DNA of 64,000 nt from Cycas panzhihuaensis. Taxonomy: Eukaryota > Plantae > Cycadophyta. The DNA lies in contig CM041465.1 in NCBI GenBank assembly GCA_023213395.1, positions 228,911,741 to 228,975,740 of the forward strand, in the 5' to 3' direction. Position numbers and translations under genes: made by a program. The notes under the pieces were generated by a model. It ran no database searches and was not told where the DNA came from. It saw only the letters and a list, made by a program, of their open reading frames with translations. Positions 1 through 13,328 of the stretch are shown piece after piece; position 1 is the stretch's first letter, and each line of letters opens with the position of its first letter.

Positions 1-1948
1 AGAGGATGATTCTTCTATAATGGCTTTGCCTTTGTTAACTCTGTTGTCTTCAAAGGATGGTGTTGGATGTGCACTCATTTGTTTAAAGTCACAACTTGTA
101 TCCTCTAAGGCTCTATTATTAGCCTTCAATATTTTGAGTAATTTATGTCTACGCCCCGCCCCCCCAAAAAAAAAAAAAAATTGGAATCTAAATATCATAG
201 TTGATAACATCATTTTGGTGGCGTGAGGGTATTTTGGAGTCCAGTCTAAGCAACTAATCCTCTGTCTCTGCAAAAACGACATCTCTGGGTATCCAACGAA
301 GATGCCTTTAAGTGCCCTAGGCTGGAGTTTATTTCGATTTGTATCTAGAATGTGGGCATAGCATGTAGAGCCAAAAATTTTGAAGTAGTGAACAATGGGG
401 GCTTGTCCTAACCACTTTTCATTAGGTGATTGTCCTTCCTTTGATGGGCTAACAACATTGATACAATAAACAACTGTCCAGATGGCTTCAGCCCATAGGT
501 AGGCAAGTACATTTTTGTATACCAACATAGCTCGAGCCATGTTCATGATTGTCTTGTTCATCTGCTTGACAACTCCATTTTGTTGTGGGGTATCTGCTAC
601 TGTTGTTTGATGCTTGATACCATTGTCTCGAAGGTAGCTTTCAAACTCATGTGAAGTATATTCGTCACCATTATCAGTTCCAAGACATTTGAGTTGATAA
701 CTTGACTCTTTTTCAGTGCGGGCTTTCAATTCTTTGAATACACGGAAGGCTTCATCTTTCTCATGTAGAAAAGTTACTCATACTTTTCTAGCGAAATCAT
801 GAATGAAAGAGATGTAATATAACTTGCCCTTTAGTGAAAGAATGGGCATTGGTCCACACAGATCATAGGGTACTAGTTGTAATGGATGGCTCTATTTCGA
901 CTGACTTTTGGAAAAAGGGTTGTCGATGGGATTTGGCAATGATACAAGCTTCACATTTAAAGGGCTTAGAGGAGAACTTTGGAAGATTTGGAAGAGTGTT
1001 AGAAAGATTTCTAGGTCTATCAATGTGAACATGGCCCATGCGAGCATGCCAAAGAGCTTTTGGTGAGAACGTTAGATGGGTCAAGATGGAATCAAATGCA
1101 AATTCTTCATCGGCACAAGGATTTGGGCACAATGGGCTTCAGAAGATGGAGAGCCATTTAATAGAAAGAGTTTTCCAGAGAGATGTCTAGTCAAGACCAC
1201 TTGATTAGTTGGAGGGTGAATGACCTGTAGAGTCTGGTCATTTGTGGTCCAGATTAAATCCACGAGAGACAAGTGTGGATAAGGAGAGTAGGTTTTGTTT
1301 AAGATTGGGTATGAATAAAACATCAAGCAATGTAAAATCTTTTAAGCCCGGGAGTTTCAGGCGAATGCTACAAATTTCTTCAACAGGTTGTTGTGATTTA
1401 TAGGCCATGTGAACAACTCCTTGAACATTTGAGTCAAATGTTTGATATAGGCTGCGATTGCACGTCATATGTTGAGTTGCTCCTGTGTCCATGATCCATT
1501 GTCCATCGATTGAAGCTACACTATTTGCAATTCCAATAGGGCTTGGTATTGGTAAAGGAAATTCACAAGTGATATATCCACATCGAGCTTCAAAGTAACT
1601 CTTTGGTTGGTCAATGGTATTTGATGCTGAAGATCCCCTAATTCTTTGAAAATGTGCTTGTACAAAACCTGCACCATTAAAGGATTTTTCACAAGTTTCT
1701 TCAACATTGTTAGTTCTATGTTTTGGTTGGAACTTGGCCAACTTATAAGTGGCCGTTTTGTAGTCTTTTGCAAAGTGTCCTTTACGGTTACATCGATCGT
1801 ACATAATAGTTTGATTGCCAGTCCTTGAAGAAGTACTGGTTTAGCTTGACTGTCTTGCTCTTTGTTGCGGTGGCCCTTGGCCTTGAGACTATCGAGGCTG
1901 TGACTGCAGGTTTGGTTGACCTTGTGGACGATTCTCCATGTTTCTTCC

Positions 1949-2849
1949 TGATCCCAAAATAGAGTTTAATTGGTAAAGAAGTCAATTATCAACCTTTGTC
2001 CTTGAGACCCTGGGAGTTAGTGTAGAAATCCCAATAACATCAAAACAAGAATGAGCTCACAAAAGGAAATTCTACACCAAATCATTTATACTTGCCATTG
2101 CTCCAAAAGTATGAAGAGTAATACTTTTATTAAACTATAAAAATCTCCATTTAATAGTGGAGAAAACAACTAGCAAAAGAATGGTCAAATTACAAGGAAT
2201 AGATTATACAATTATACCATAAGGGGGACTCCAACCCTCCAAAATGCTTCTCCAAGGATGCTTCCCAAGTCAAGTGCCTTTCACCTTCAAGAACCAAGTC
2301 TCCAACCCGTAAGAGGGCTCAATGAAAAAAAACCCAAATTGCATGTTCAACAAGTGGCAATCATGCAAGTATAACCACTAACAACCAGGATGCATGTTGT
2401 CCAAGTGGCCTTCATGCAATTCTTAAAAGTTGCAGCTTGTAACTAGGCTTAAAGAACTCCAATTCAGCTCAAATTTGGTACACGTATAGGAACACATGTC
2501 CCCTATGCTTCCTCAAAATTTTAGCTCATTTGGATGTCATTTGACTACATTTTCATTGATTTAAGGATAGTATGTATTTGTTGTTTTTTCTGTTGGTTGT
2601 GGGATCAATTTTCTACAAAACAAGGCTTGAAATCTAATCAAATGATATTTTCTGAACTCCACCTTTTGTACACATATAGTGGGATGTGTCTTCTTTCTTT
2701 TCACAGAATTTCATATAATTTTGATACCATTTGACCATATTTCTTTCAGTTATGCCAATGGCTAGCATTTTCTGCATCCTGTAGACATATGGTAGATTCT
2801 CCTAGCATTTTTTGCCTCCTGTAAACATATGGTAGATCCTCCTGGATCA
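1949..2849 (-). repeat. 3' LTR of Gypsy-1 (901 bp)
   Basis: Direct repeat of 7438-8341, roughly 95% identical by eye. Confidence 0.97.
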
Positions 2850-2889
2850 TGGCTTCCCTTCCTTGGAAAATAGCCAACTCCTATTTGGC

Positions 2890-5800
2890 TTAGAATTGGA
2901 GATGGGGGATGTGTTGTTCTCCTTGTTGCCTACTAAACCACTTGGCCTTACTAGGCAATTGTCCTGCTACTCCAATCCTGAAGGATTCATGTGTCTTATG
3001 TCTTGTTTTGGTGGATTTTCTCTCCAAGATACAATCTTCCTTGAGAGGCTCCTCACTTTCCAAATACAAGTCATCAACTGAAGGTAAAGTGAACTGGTTC
3101 TGCTTCTCATCTAACATGGAGGGCTCAAAGAGTTTTAAGTATTCAGCATTCACTACTGAATATATTTGCATATAAGGTGGAAGATCAAGTTGGGAAGCAT
3201 TGCCACCTACTTTTCTCAAAATCTTGAATGGTCCATACCTTATAGGTTTGAGTTTCTTTCCTTCTCATTTTAACCTCTTCTTGTTCAAGTATAACCATAC
3301 TAAATCTCCTTCTTGAAAAGTACACTCTTGCCTATGCTTGTCATGTCTTTCCTTGTACTTTTGTTGAGTCCTTAGAAGTTGATCATGTACTTCTTTGTGG
3401 ACTCTTTGGATCTTCTCCAAGTGTCTTAAAGCCTTGTCATGCTCCTCCTTCTCTTTGACGGATCCCTTCCTTAGCTTGCATGGAAAATTCTAAGTCAAAT
3501 GGACTTTGAGGCAAGTATCCCAAACAAACTTCAAAAGGTGCTTTAGAGTGTGATGCATGCATTGCCCTATTAAATGCAAATTGTAGAAAAGCCAATGATT
3601 CATCCCAAGTCTTTGGATGCTTGGAATTGTATCTCCTCAATAAATGTACCAAAGTTCTGTTCACTACTTCGGTTTGTCCATTTGTTTTAGGATGGAAACT
3701 TGTACTCCTCTTCAGTTTGGTATCCATCATCTCCCATAGTGTCTTCCAAAATAATGAAAGGAATTGAGTGTCCCGATCTAAAATGATGGAAGAAGGCAAG
3801 CCAAAATTCTTCCATAAATGCTCAAAGAACAACTCAGCTGCTCCTGCTCCTGTGATTGTCTTCTTACAAGGTATTAGACATATCATTTTGCTGAACCTAT
3901 CTACAACAACAAAGAGATAGTCATGTCCCTTCCTAGCCATGGGAAGTCCCCCTAAGAAATCAATGGAGATACTTTCCCAAGGTCTAGTGGGAATAGGAAC
4001 TGGTGTATACAATCCTAATTTTCTAGAAGAAGGCTTAGAAGTATTACACATTACACATCCTTTTACATATTTTTTTACATCATTTTGCATTTTTGGCCAT
4101 ACAACTTATCTTCTCAAGTTTGCTAAAGTCTTCTCTATACCAAAGTGACCAACTACTTTAGAAGTATGGGCTTCTCTAAGCCACTTGATCTTGTCTCCTT
4201 TTGATGGAACATAGAGTTGCTCCCCTTTGAAAAGTAGACCATCCCAAGCAAGATGGGAAGGTCTTCCTTTCATTAGGTTCTCTAATTCTTCCTTCAAGGC
4301 TTTATCTTCATGGTACAAGTCTTTGTACTCTTCATGATGCATTGGCTCCACTTGCAAACTCATAAGAGAACTACAAACAAAAGCAGAAGAAGAAGTGGAA
4401 CAAGGTGGTCTAGATAAAATATCAACAATTTTGTTAGTAGATCCCTTTTTGTACTTAATTACAATATTGAATTGTTGTAAATAACTCATCCACTTCATGT
4501 GTCTTGCTTGCTGTAATTTACTTTGGGTTTGCAAAAATTGAAGAGGTCTATGATCGGTATGAACTACAACCTCTTTTCCAAGCAGGTAGGACCTCCAACC
4601 CTTGCATGCTTGATGTAGTGCGAACATTTCTCGATCATATGTTGGATAGTTTTTCACTTGAGGGGTGAAGACTTCCAAATGGTAAGCAATAGGCTTCCCA
4701 TCTTGAATAAGGACAACTCCCATCGCATTTCCACTTGCATCAGCTTCTGGTTCAAAAGGCCTTTAAAAGAAGAAAAGCTTCTTCCTCCTTGGAACCCCAA
4801 ATAAACTTTTGACTAACTTTTGTCAATCCATGTAGAGGTGCTGCAACCTGTGAGAAATGAAGAATAAACTTTCTCAAGTATTGACAAGCTCCTAAAAAAC
4901 TTCTCACCTCTATGGTGTTTGTTGGCCTAGGTCATTTGAGGATGGCTCGAGTCTTGAGTGGATCGATGCTCAACTTTTCTCCTCCAACCACAAAGCCTAA
5001 GAAGACCAAGTTCTCCTTGCCAAATTCACACTTCTTCCTATTAAGCTTCAAATGATGCTTAGCCATAGTCTTTAAAACTTCTTCTATGTGCTGCAAATGT
5101 TCCTCCCATGTGTTGCTAAAAATCAAAATGTCATCAAGATAGACAACAACAAAATTATCCAAGTAAGGCCTTAACATTTCATTCATTAGCCTCATGAATG
5201 TTGCAGGAGCATTACACAATCCAAAAGGCATAACCATCCAATTAAAGAGTCCTTGCTTTGTTTTGAAGGCCGTCTTCCATGTGTCCTCCTCTTTGACCCT
5301 AACTTGGTGATAACCACTTTTCAAATCCAACTTAGTAAAATAACAAGCATGCTGAATTTGATCAAGCAAATCATCTATGCAAGGCAAATGGTAGCGATTT
5401 TTAATTGTAATTTTATTCAAAGCACGAAAGTCTATACACATTCTCCATCCTCCATCCTTCTTAGGCACCAAGACAATTGGTGACCCACAAGGTGAACGTG
5501 AAGGTCTTATGACCCCTTGATCAAGTAACTCCTCAACTTGCCTCTTTATCTCATTATTCTCTACAATGGCGTGCCTATACAAAGCAACATTAGGCAATGG
5601 TGCATCTCCTACAAGAGTGATTTCATACTCTATCTTTCTCTTTGGTGGTAGCCCATCAACATGTTGAAATAGAATGTCATACCTTGTCTTTAACTCCTCA
5701 ATTTGTTGCATTTGTTTAGGTGATATAAGAAGAGCGTGAGTAGAAGGACCTTCTTCATCTCTTGGCTCTTCTTATCTCCTTACCATTAAGATGATGAATT

Positions 5801-7394
5801 TACCACATGCATTGATCATCCTTTTTGCTTGAGTGGCTGAAATTAATGTTATCTTATCCAAGTGCTTCTTTGTGGCCTTTATTATAATGCCCTTGTTATC
5901 CTTCATCAACCGATACTTTCTCTCCCTTCGATAGAAGAGTGCATCTCGATCCCACAAGTAGGGACTCCTAAGCACAACATGGCATACATCTAATGGTACC
6001 AAATCACATATCACTTCATCAACAAAAACATTAGTGATGGAAAATTTAAGTGTACATTGCTTTGATATTTGCATTTCCACATCTTTATGGATCCAACCAA
6101 GAGGATATGGGTGAGGGTGAGGAGTAGTTACCAACCCAAGGCTCTTTACCGAACTTTCTGAGATCAAATTCTTTTGGCTTCCCGGATCTATAATGGCACT
6201 AATAATATTATTTCCTACTTGAAGCTTCAAGTGAAATAGTTCCTCCCTTGTAGCATCATCTCTATAATTTGTAAGTAGAGTAACCTTCTCTTCTTCTCCT
6301 TCACTTTGGATCTCTACCTCAGAAAGTAGTGCTTTCCCTTTTTCCTTCTTTCTTAATTCCATATCCTTGATATTCTTTGGCTTTAGCTCTGGATGCAACT
6401 TCCAACACTTTGCTGCAATATGACCACTAGTATCACAAAGCTCACGATAGTTAGAACTTTTAACAAAATTAGTTCTTTTCTTCTTTCCTTTTTGCCTTTT
6501 AGATGACTGCAATTTAGGATTCTTTTCATACTTATTAGAAGTAAAAGTAGAATTTTTAGACATGAATGTAGGTTTCTTGCTTTTACTTTCTATTGCCATA
6601 GCCATTTTACTTGCTTCTCCAATGGATTAAACCTTAAAAAGCCTTAGTTCCTTCCTTATGTATTCATGTAATCCTCCAATGAATTTCATAAGAGTGATAT
6701 GTTCATCCATATTAATACCAAGTAGCATGCCATGCCTAAAAAATAAAGAAGTATAGTCTCGGACACATACACCTCTTCCTTGGCGTAAATATTGCTAAGT
6801 GAACCATTGATCTTCCTCATGACCTATGGGGTAGAATTGCTTCTTTATTATTTTCTCAAAATCCATCCATGAAAAAGAAGATACATCATGAGTCTTCAAA
6901 TATGCATTCCACCATGTCAATGCATGTTTACACAACTTGAGCCTAGCAAATGAAAGCTTTTGAGCATTACTATAAGCATAAATTGTGAAGTAAGTTTCAA
7001 GTTGATCCAACCAATGGTCCAACTTTTTAGCATTTACCTCTCCATCATAAGTTGGATTATCCAACTTTGCCTCCACCTTGAAGGGTTGATGAGATGAAGT
7101 ACCCTTGCTTTCTTCAAATGAGTGCTTTAAGGTCTCCTCCTCTTCCTCTTCATGGTTGTGGTCATATGTGGGTCCTCCTTCAACTTCCTTCTCTTTGCCT
7201 TTACCCTTGACTAGAGGTAGAAGTTGGGTCATCATTTGCATCAAGGCTTCTACGTTCTTTTCAAGCTTCTCAAATCTAATTTCTCCATCTTCTTTTTCAG
7301 CCATGGTGCTTGGATTCTTTCTTTGTCTTCTTGGTGATTGCAACACAAGAAAAGCTTCACCTTTCTCTTTGTATCCTTTCCTTGTTTGTACCAT
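2890..7394 (-). pseudogene. Gypsy-1 gag-pol, broken by stops and frameshifts
   Basis: gag 6795-7394 (MVQTR...); Zn-knuckle and protease 5772-6605 (IIDPGSQKNLIS); RT 4932-5711 (YLDD); RNase H 4106-4723; integrase 3437-4090 (VVVDRFSKM); C-terminal chromo-like tail 2890-3219. Confidence 0.95.
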
Positions 7395-7437
7395 TCAAGT
7401 CCCTACAACAAAGATCACATGCTCTGATACCAAAATA

Positions 7438-8341
7438 TGATCCCAAAATAGAGCTTAATTGGTGAAGAAGTCAATTATCAACCTTTGTCCTTGAGATCCT
7501 GAGAGTTAGTGTAGAAATCCCAATAACATCAAAACAAGAATGAGCCCACAAAAGGAAATTCTACACCAAATCATTTATACTTGCCATTGCTCCAAAAGTA
7601 TGAAGAGTAATACTTTTATTAAACTATAAAAATCTCCATTTAATGGTGGAGAAAACAACTAGCAAAAGAATGGTCAAATTACAAGGAATAGATTATACAG
7701 TTATACCATAAGGGGGGCTTCAATCCTCCAAAATGCTTCTCCAAGGATGCTTCCCAAGTCAAGTGCCTTTCACCTTCAAGAACCAAGTCTCCAACCCGTA
7801 AGAGGGCTGAATTTATAGAAAGAAACCCAAATTGCATGTTCAACAAGTGGCAATCATGCAAGTATAACCACTAACATCCAGAATGCATGTTGTCCAAGTG
7901 GCCTTTATGCAATTCTTAAAAGTTGCAGCTTGTAATTAGGCTTAACGAACTCTAATTCGGCTCAAATTTGGTACACGTATAGGAACACATGTCCCCTTCG
8001 CTTCCTCAAAATTTTATCTCATTTGGATGTCATTTGACTACATTTTCATTGATTTAATGATAATATGTATTTGTTGTTTTTCTGCTGGTTGTGGGATCGA
8101 TTTTCTACAAAACAAGGCTTGAAATTTAATCAAATGATATTTTCTGAACTCCACCTTTTGTACACATGTAGTGGGATGTGTCTTCTTCCTTTCCACAAAA
8201 TTTCATATAATTTTGATACCATTTGGCCATATCTCTTTCAGTTATGCCAATTCCTAGCATTTTCTGCATCCTGTAGACATATGGTAGATTCTCCTAGCAT
8301 TTTCTGCCTCCTGTAAACATATGGTAGATCCTCCTAGATCA
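7438..8341 (-). repeat. 5' LTR of Gypsy-1 (904 bp)
   Basis: Direct repeat of 1949-2849, adjacent to the PBS. Confidence 0.97.
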
Positions 8342-9269
8342 CTTCCTCTTCCTCTTGCTTGACTATTTCCTCTGCCAAGAGAGGGACCTTGATTTTTTAT
8401 GTAGCAAACTTTTTCTTCCACCTCAAAAGCTGCATCTAGAAGAGAGTCAGAGGTTATAAAGTTGGTATCAAAGGTCTTGTCAAATTCTATGAACTTCTCG
8501 ACAAATGCTTCAAAGTTGAGTGTCTTCAATGTTCTACTAGATTGAAGACTTCCAAGCAAGTTTTTATAATCAGGGACATGTAGACATGATTGGATCAAGA
8601 ATGCCCAAGTGATACATTGGGTCTTAAAATCTTTATTAATTGCCTGTTTTATTGGTCGAAGGAGATTTATTGTCTCATGAGCTCGTCCCTTTTGTATTTT
8701 TAATTTGTTCATTTTCAGAACAAGATGAACAAATTCTAAATCTGACTTGATATCAAAGTTCTTCTTAAGAACTTCAAGGACCTTCTAGGCTGTATCATGT
8801 TGCTCTTCATTAATCAAGTTATGCAAGGAGTGATCAGTAACTAATAAAATTCCTACACGAATATTTTCATCATCTATCTCCCATTGTAGTTTGGCCGCGG
8901 TATACATGGGAGTGTTGGGCGGATCCATCGGGCAGTGTTGTACTTGTTGCAGGTATGATGGGTGTAGGTTGCAAGTGGGCTCTCCAAAAGCCTTCATACT
9001 TTGTAGCATTTTTAACTCCTGTGTACCACAAATCCTAATTTTCTTTGTCTTTCAATATGCAGTTGACATTCTGTTTGAATTGAGATGATATGGTGATGAT
9101 GAAGAAGTAGAAGAAATGATAGAAGTATGTGCCACTGACACGTGTGGCTAATACACCTGGTGCAACAGGGATGAAAAAATGAATGTTATAATGAGAAGCA
9201 AGCAATGATTAAGTATTTTTCAACAACTATGAAAGATGAGTATAAGTAATGATGCAAGAATAAGGCCTA

Positions 9270-9780
9270 ATATAGAGCTGGCAAATAGTGATGATGTGTC
9301 ATGCCAGTAGCCTCTAACTTATGTCTAAATGTAAGTGAGGTTTCAATGCCTAAGGCTTCTAGTATACAATTAGGGCCTTCACTCGCGATAACCGCACCTG
9401 CACTTGGTAATGAAATCCAAGTTACAGTGGAGTCTAAGTACTCCCAGTTCTCACCCAATTCACCAGTGAGCAGCTATATACCTCCTCTGCAGAGTCAAAC
9501 GATACGTGCGTATCCCACGGCTATGACGGATATTGGACCGGGTTAATTTTAATCTTGTATTAAGGTTTTCAGTTTTCTCAGGTGGTTATCAAGATTATCT
9601 TTGATTGGAGGCAATAGGTATGGCTAACATATCCCTCCACCACTATTTCGATTAAGACCAGACTTAGTATGGAACTCACACCTCCCTTAGGGCTCAGACT
9701 TCGGCCAACCGTGGTCTATTTCAATCAAGGCGAGTGTGCACACAAGTCAAGAACTGGCGGTATAAATCGTATGGATGAGA
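9270..9780 (-). promoter_or_regulatory. Distant copy of the conserved retrotransposon leader module (Copia-1)
   Basis: GC-richer island upstream of gag. Minus-strand AGGTATATA starts at 9483 and CGGTTA at 9394 (spacing 89), followed by GAAG as in the other copies. Confidence 0.55.
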
Positions 9781-11043
9781 TTCATTTTAAGAATAACATA
9801 AGTTGTTTCCGAATAACTGAAAACTGAAATAGAAAGTTGCCAAATGTACTTGCTTACTTTTCGTGTTTGCTTTGTTGTTGCTGCTGCTTTATGTGATGCT
9901 TTATGCTATGTGTGCAAATAGAAAAAACATTCTAGATTTAGCAGGGGAATTGGATGTTGCTTCCGATCCAAGGTTTCCCTTGCTTTAGTATAATGTTTCT
10001 AAATATGTTTTTAGAAATTTCAGTACAAAAGCCACATTGGGCTAAAAAACGGATCAACTTGCTGCTAAAATATTGATTTTTTAAAATCCAGATGCATGCT
10101 ATTTTGCCCTATTTTATGATTTTTTCACAAAATTTACAAATAATGATAAATGCACAAAATTTTCTAAAAATTACAAATATGAAGGCTTAAATGATGGACT
10201 TTGAATTTATGGTAGAAGAAAAAAGTGTTCAAAATGTCGTTTCTAATAGAGTAGTGAAGTTAGATTTTTGAAAAGGCATAAAAAATTTTTGCTCGAAGAA
10301 AGCACAAAAGCAAAATCTTACCAGATCCACAGTCTCAGAATCTGAACTTCAATATGTCAAATGTTGTGTCTTGACACATACATCAACTTTTCTTTCTATA
10401 CCATCTCTAAAATCAGCCAAAACACTGTCTGGAATGCCCTCACAATGCCCTTTGTGGGGTTGAGTAAGCAAATTTAGCATTCGTGAGAAAACTACATAGA
10501 TCTCACTAATCGGTGGATGAAATTTGATGAGATTTGTCTTAAAATGATCCTAAGACATAAATCTACTAGATCCCTTTAAAAAACTTTCAGATTTTTAGCT
10601 TATGATTGAAGGATTTCATTGGGAAAAGTGCCTTAAGTCACTTATCCCCAAATTTTAACCTTTTGTTTCAGCTAAAACTCGATGTTGTAGGTTGAATCTG
10701 AAGTTGCTCTAGAAGACAAAAATGATCCTCTTGGCAAGATGACCCTGCATGCCAAATTTCGTCAAAATCCAAGATGGTCAAATTTTCATAAAATTGTAGG
10801 CCTTTAATGCTTCCGAGAATGTTCCGGCAACCAAATGGCTTCAAAAACCTATATTTTTCACCTCTAAAATTTTGCACACATAGAGAAAGCAACAACATAC
10901 AAAGTAATATAATTTTAAGCTCTTAAAATGTTAAAAATGATGAGTGCACTCTCAATACTTCACATTGAAGGTGAAGGAGAGGCAAAATGACTCCATGCAA
11001 GTGGAATGGAGTGAATAGATCCCCTTCTAGCTTTGATACCACA

Positions 11044-11359
11044 TGAAGCAAGAATGGATCTAGGGAATAAATCACTCACATGTACACAATGGCAAATGGA
11101 GAATGAAAAAGAGATAAAACAAGATATGATAGCAAGTTTGGAGGTGAGCATGAATAATGAATGACTCCCTCATTGAGATTTCGCCTTTTATTATTGAGGG
11201 TGAGCATTAGGGTTAGGATTTTTCCGCCTAATGACATGAACCCGAAATTACATCTAAATGCACATAAATCACATTTCATTAAGAGACTAATGCTAACAAT
11301 ATATCTTAAGGTCACAGAATTAATTTACACAAATGACCTTGATACATTAACCTCTTTCA
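11044..11359 (-). repeat. Putative 5' LTR of Copia-1
   Basis: TG start 2 nt from the PBS. Candidate CA ends at 11359 (CTTTCA) or 11465 (GCTTCA, exact inverse of TGAAGC). The partner LTR is outside the window. Confidence 0.5.
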
Positions 11360-12374
11360 GAGTTGACACTGAGAATAGTGGCCATTCGAAGTTGCAAAAC
11401 ACATTTGGGCACCTCATACGCTTGTGGCACCAACACTGGAAGTTGAACAACGGAGTTGGGCTTCAATGGAAGTTGTGCAACGATATTGAGTCCAGTTTGG
11501 AATCATAAAAGTAGTGCTGAGAAATTTTGAACGTATTGGACACCAATTGTCTGTGTTAAGCCCTAAATTCAAGCTATACAATAAAGAATAGTTTTCTGAC
11601 CGTTCAAAATAAATTGTACCCTTTCCAAAAACGTTGTAACGTTATATATACACATATGAATTGAGAAATATTAATGTATAATGCCACTGTTCACATTGAT
11701 GTACAATAAACTCTGTAATAGCGGCCACCTCTCAAATATTGGTCATCGCCATTTGTTGAAGAAACTTGCATCCTTTGAAGTGGAGATTAATCATATCAGA
11801 CTACGTACGACTGCCCCATCACCGTTTGTGCATAAAGTCCCCTTGCAAAGATGATATTGCCATCACTCATTGTGAAAATTGTTCGAATGTAGTCGTCGTT
11901 TTTTTGCAGACACGTTGAATGATTCACTTGGTTAAAATATATCATACTTGATATATATTCTAATCATTCGATCATTATTTGAAACATGTGAGGATTGATA
12001 GTAATTGTACGAAAATCCAATCGTTGTGCATAGTGCAGTCTTCGGTTCGTCGTATTTATCATTGCGGTTGATATTCAATATATTCATATATCATTTGATA
12101 TATAAATATCATACGCAGATGGAATATTAGTCGAATGATAGATTTTTGGGTGATTTAAGTGAAAAGCATATTCTATGAGAATATTCCTTTCTTAATATTT
12201 AGTTTCAGAGCTTTGAATCAAAGTGTTTCAAAGAAATTTATTTTGTTCTATGACGTTTGTATTACATTTATTCGAAATATTTTTATCTAGAATTAGGCCA
12301 ACAATAAGTGACACCCATGTATAAGAGAGTATTGCCTTCATCGAAGAATTTGGAGTGCTAAAAAGGCATTGTTT

Positions 12375-12614
12375 TGTTAGGATATAATGTTTAATCCTTT
12401 GTATATTAATGTATTATATCTAACTATCACCTTGTCATAGTTAATGTTAAGTGATGTAAACATAAATGTAACATTTTATGTTAGTCAGGCTGAAACCTTA
12501 ATGGGTTATTAGACTCCTCATGTATAAATATGTAATCTATCTCTCATAATGTTCAAAAGAGTTCTTTATTTTTCTTCATCAAGGTCTGATGCTTTTGGCC
12601 TTCTTGATCTAACA
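12375..12614 (+). repeat. 5' LTR of Copia-2
   Basis: Direct repeat of 17924-18163. Confidence 0.97.
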
Positions 12615-13328
12615 TGGTATTAGAGCCATTTTGGGTCTCAATCTTGTCTGGAGAAGGATTTTCGTACCACTGTACGGATAGGTTCGTACACCCGTACGGT
12701 CGAAAAATTTTCGGTCGTTGATCTTATCAAAAATTCACCGAGAGGGGCGCCTCAACCTGCTCTTATCTTCTCTCCAAAGGACCGAATCTTGTTTCGACCA
12801 TCTTGATGCCCTAAAGTCTCCCCGAATTTGCACGACCTCCATTGAAGACTTCAACTCATTTCTTGTTGTATGGACATCTATACCGAGAGAACCTAGTATC
12901 AACAGAAAGCCCTCGACATAAGCTTTCCATTGATATATAACTCGATGGCCATCTCCTTCAGATCTGAAGGAAATTTGCAAAATCGCAGAAAAACCCTAGC
13001 CGCCCATTGGAGATTTATCTGGCTTTGTTGTCCCCACTGAGAGGTCCATTCAAAAATCTAGTTGTAGATCTGGAATCTACACATCAAGGTCGTTCTTTTG
13101 ATACCTGTTTTGGAGCATTTTGTGAAAGTTGATTTTTTGGCTCATTTATTGAACCATACTGCCATCTGTACAGTTGTCGGTAGTAGACCTTTCACTCAGG
13201 AAAGCACCCTAAACCTTCCTTACTGAATTTTCTTGTTCTTGGCTGAGTATTCTAGTCTCCTTCATTTCTTAAAAAAATATATATATTAGAAAAAGGGGAT
13301 ATATTTGTTGTGTTTGCCTCCTTTTCCC

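Larger units (their letters stand above)
1949..8341 (-). mobile_element. Structurally complete Ty3/Gypsy chromovirus 'Gypsy-1' (CRM-like)
   Basis: LTRs 1949-2849 and 7438-8341 (TGATC...GATCA). Perfect 5-bp TSD CTTCC (1944-1948, 8342-8346). PBS TGGTATCAGAGC at 7421-7432; PPT next to 2850. gag-PR-RT-RH-IN order. Confidence 0.97.
1..11359 (-). mobile_element. Ty1/Copia LTR retrotransposon 'Copia-1', degenerate; 3' part runs off the left edge; interrupted by Gypsy-1
   Basis: Minus-strand Copia domain order: gag (8342-~9100, resuming at 1948 after the insertion), degenerate Zn-knuckle (DRCNRKGHFAKDY), protease (WIMDTGATQHM), GAG-pre-integrase (LWHARMGH...CEACIIAK, 863-1132), integrase core (~250-860). 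Met-tRNA PBS TGGTATCAAAGC at 11030-11041. The LTR starts TGAAGC at 11044; its far end is uncertain (11359 or 11465). Confidence 0.8.
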
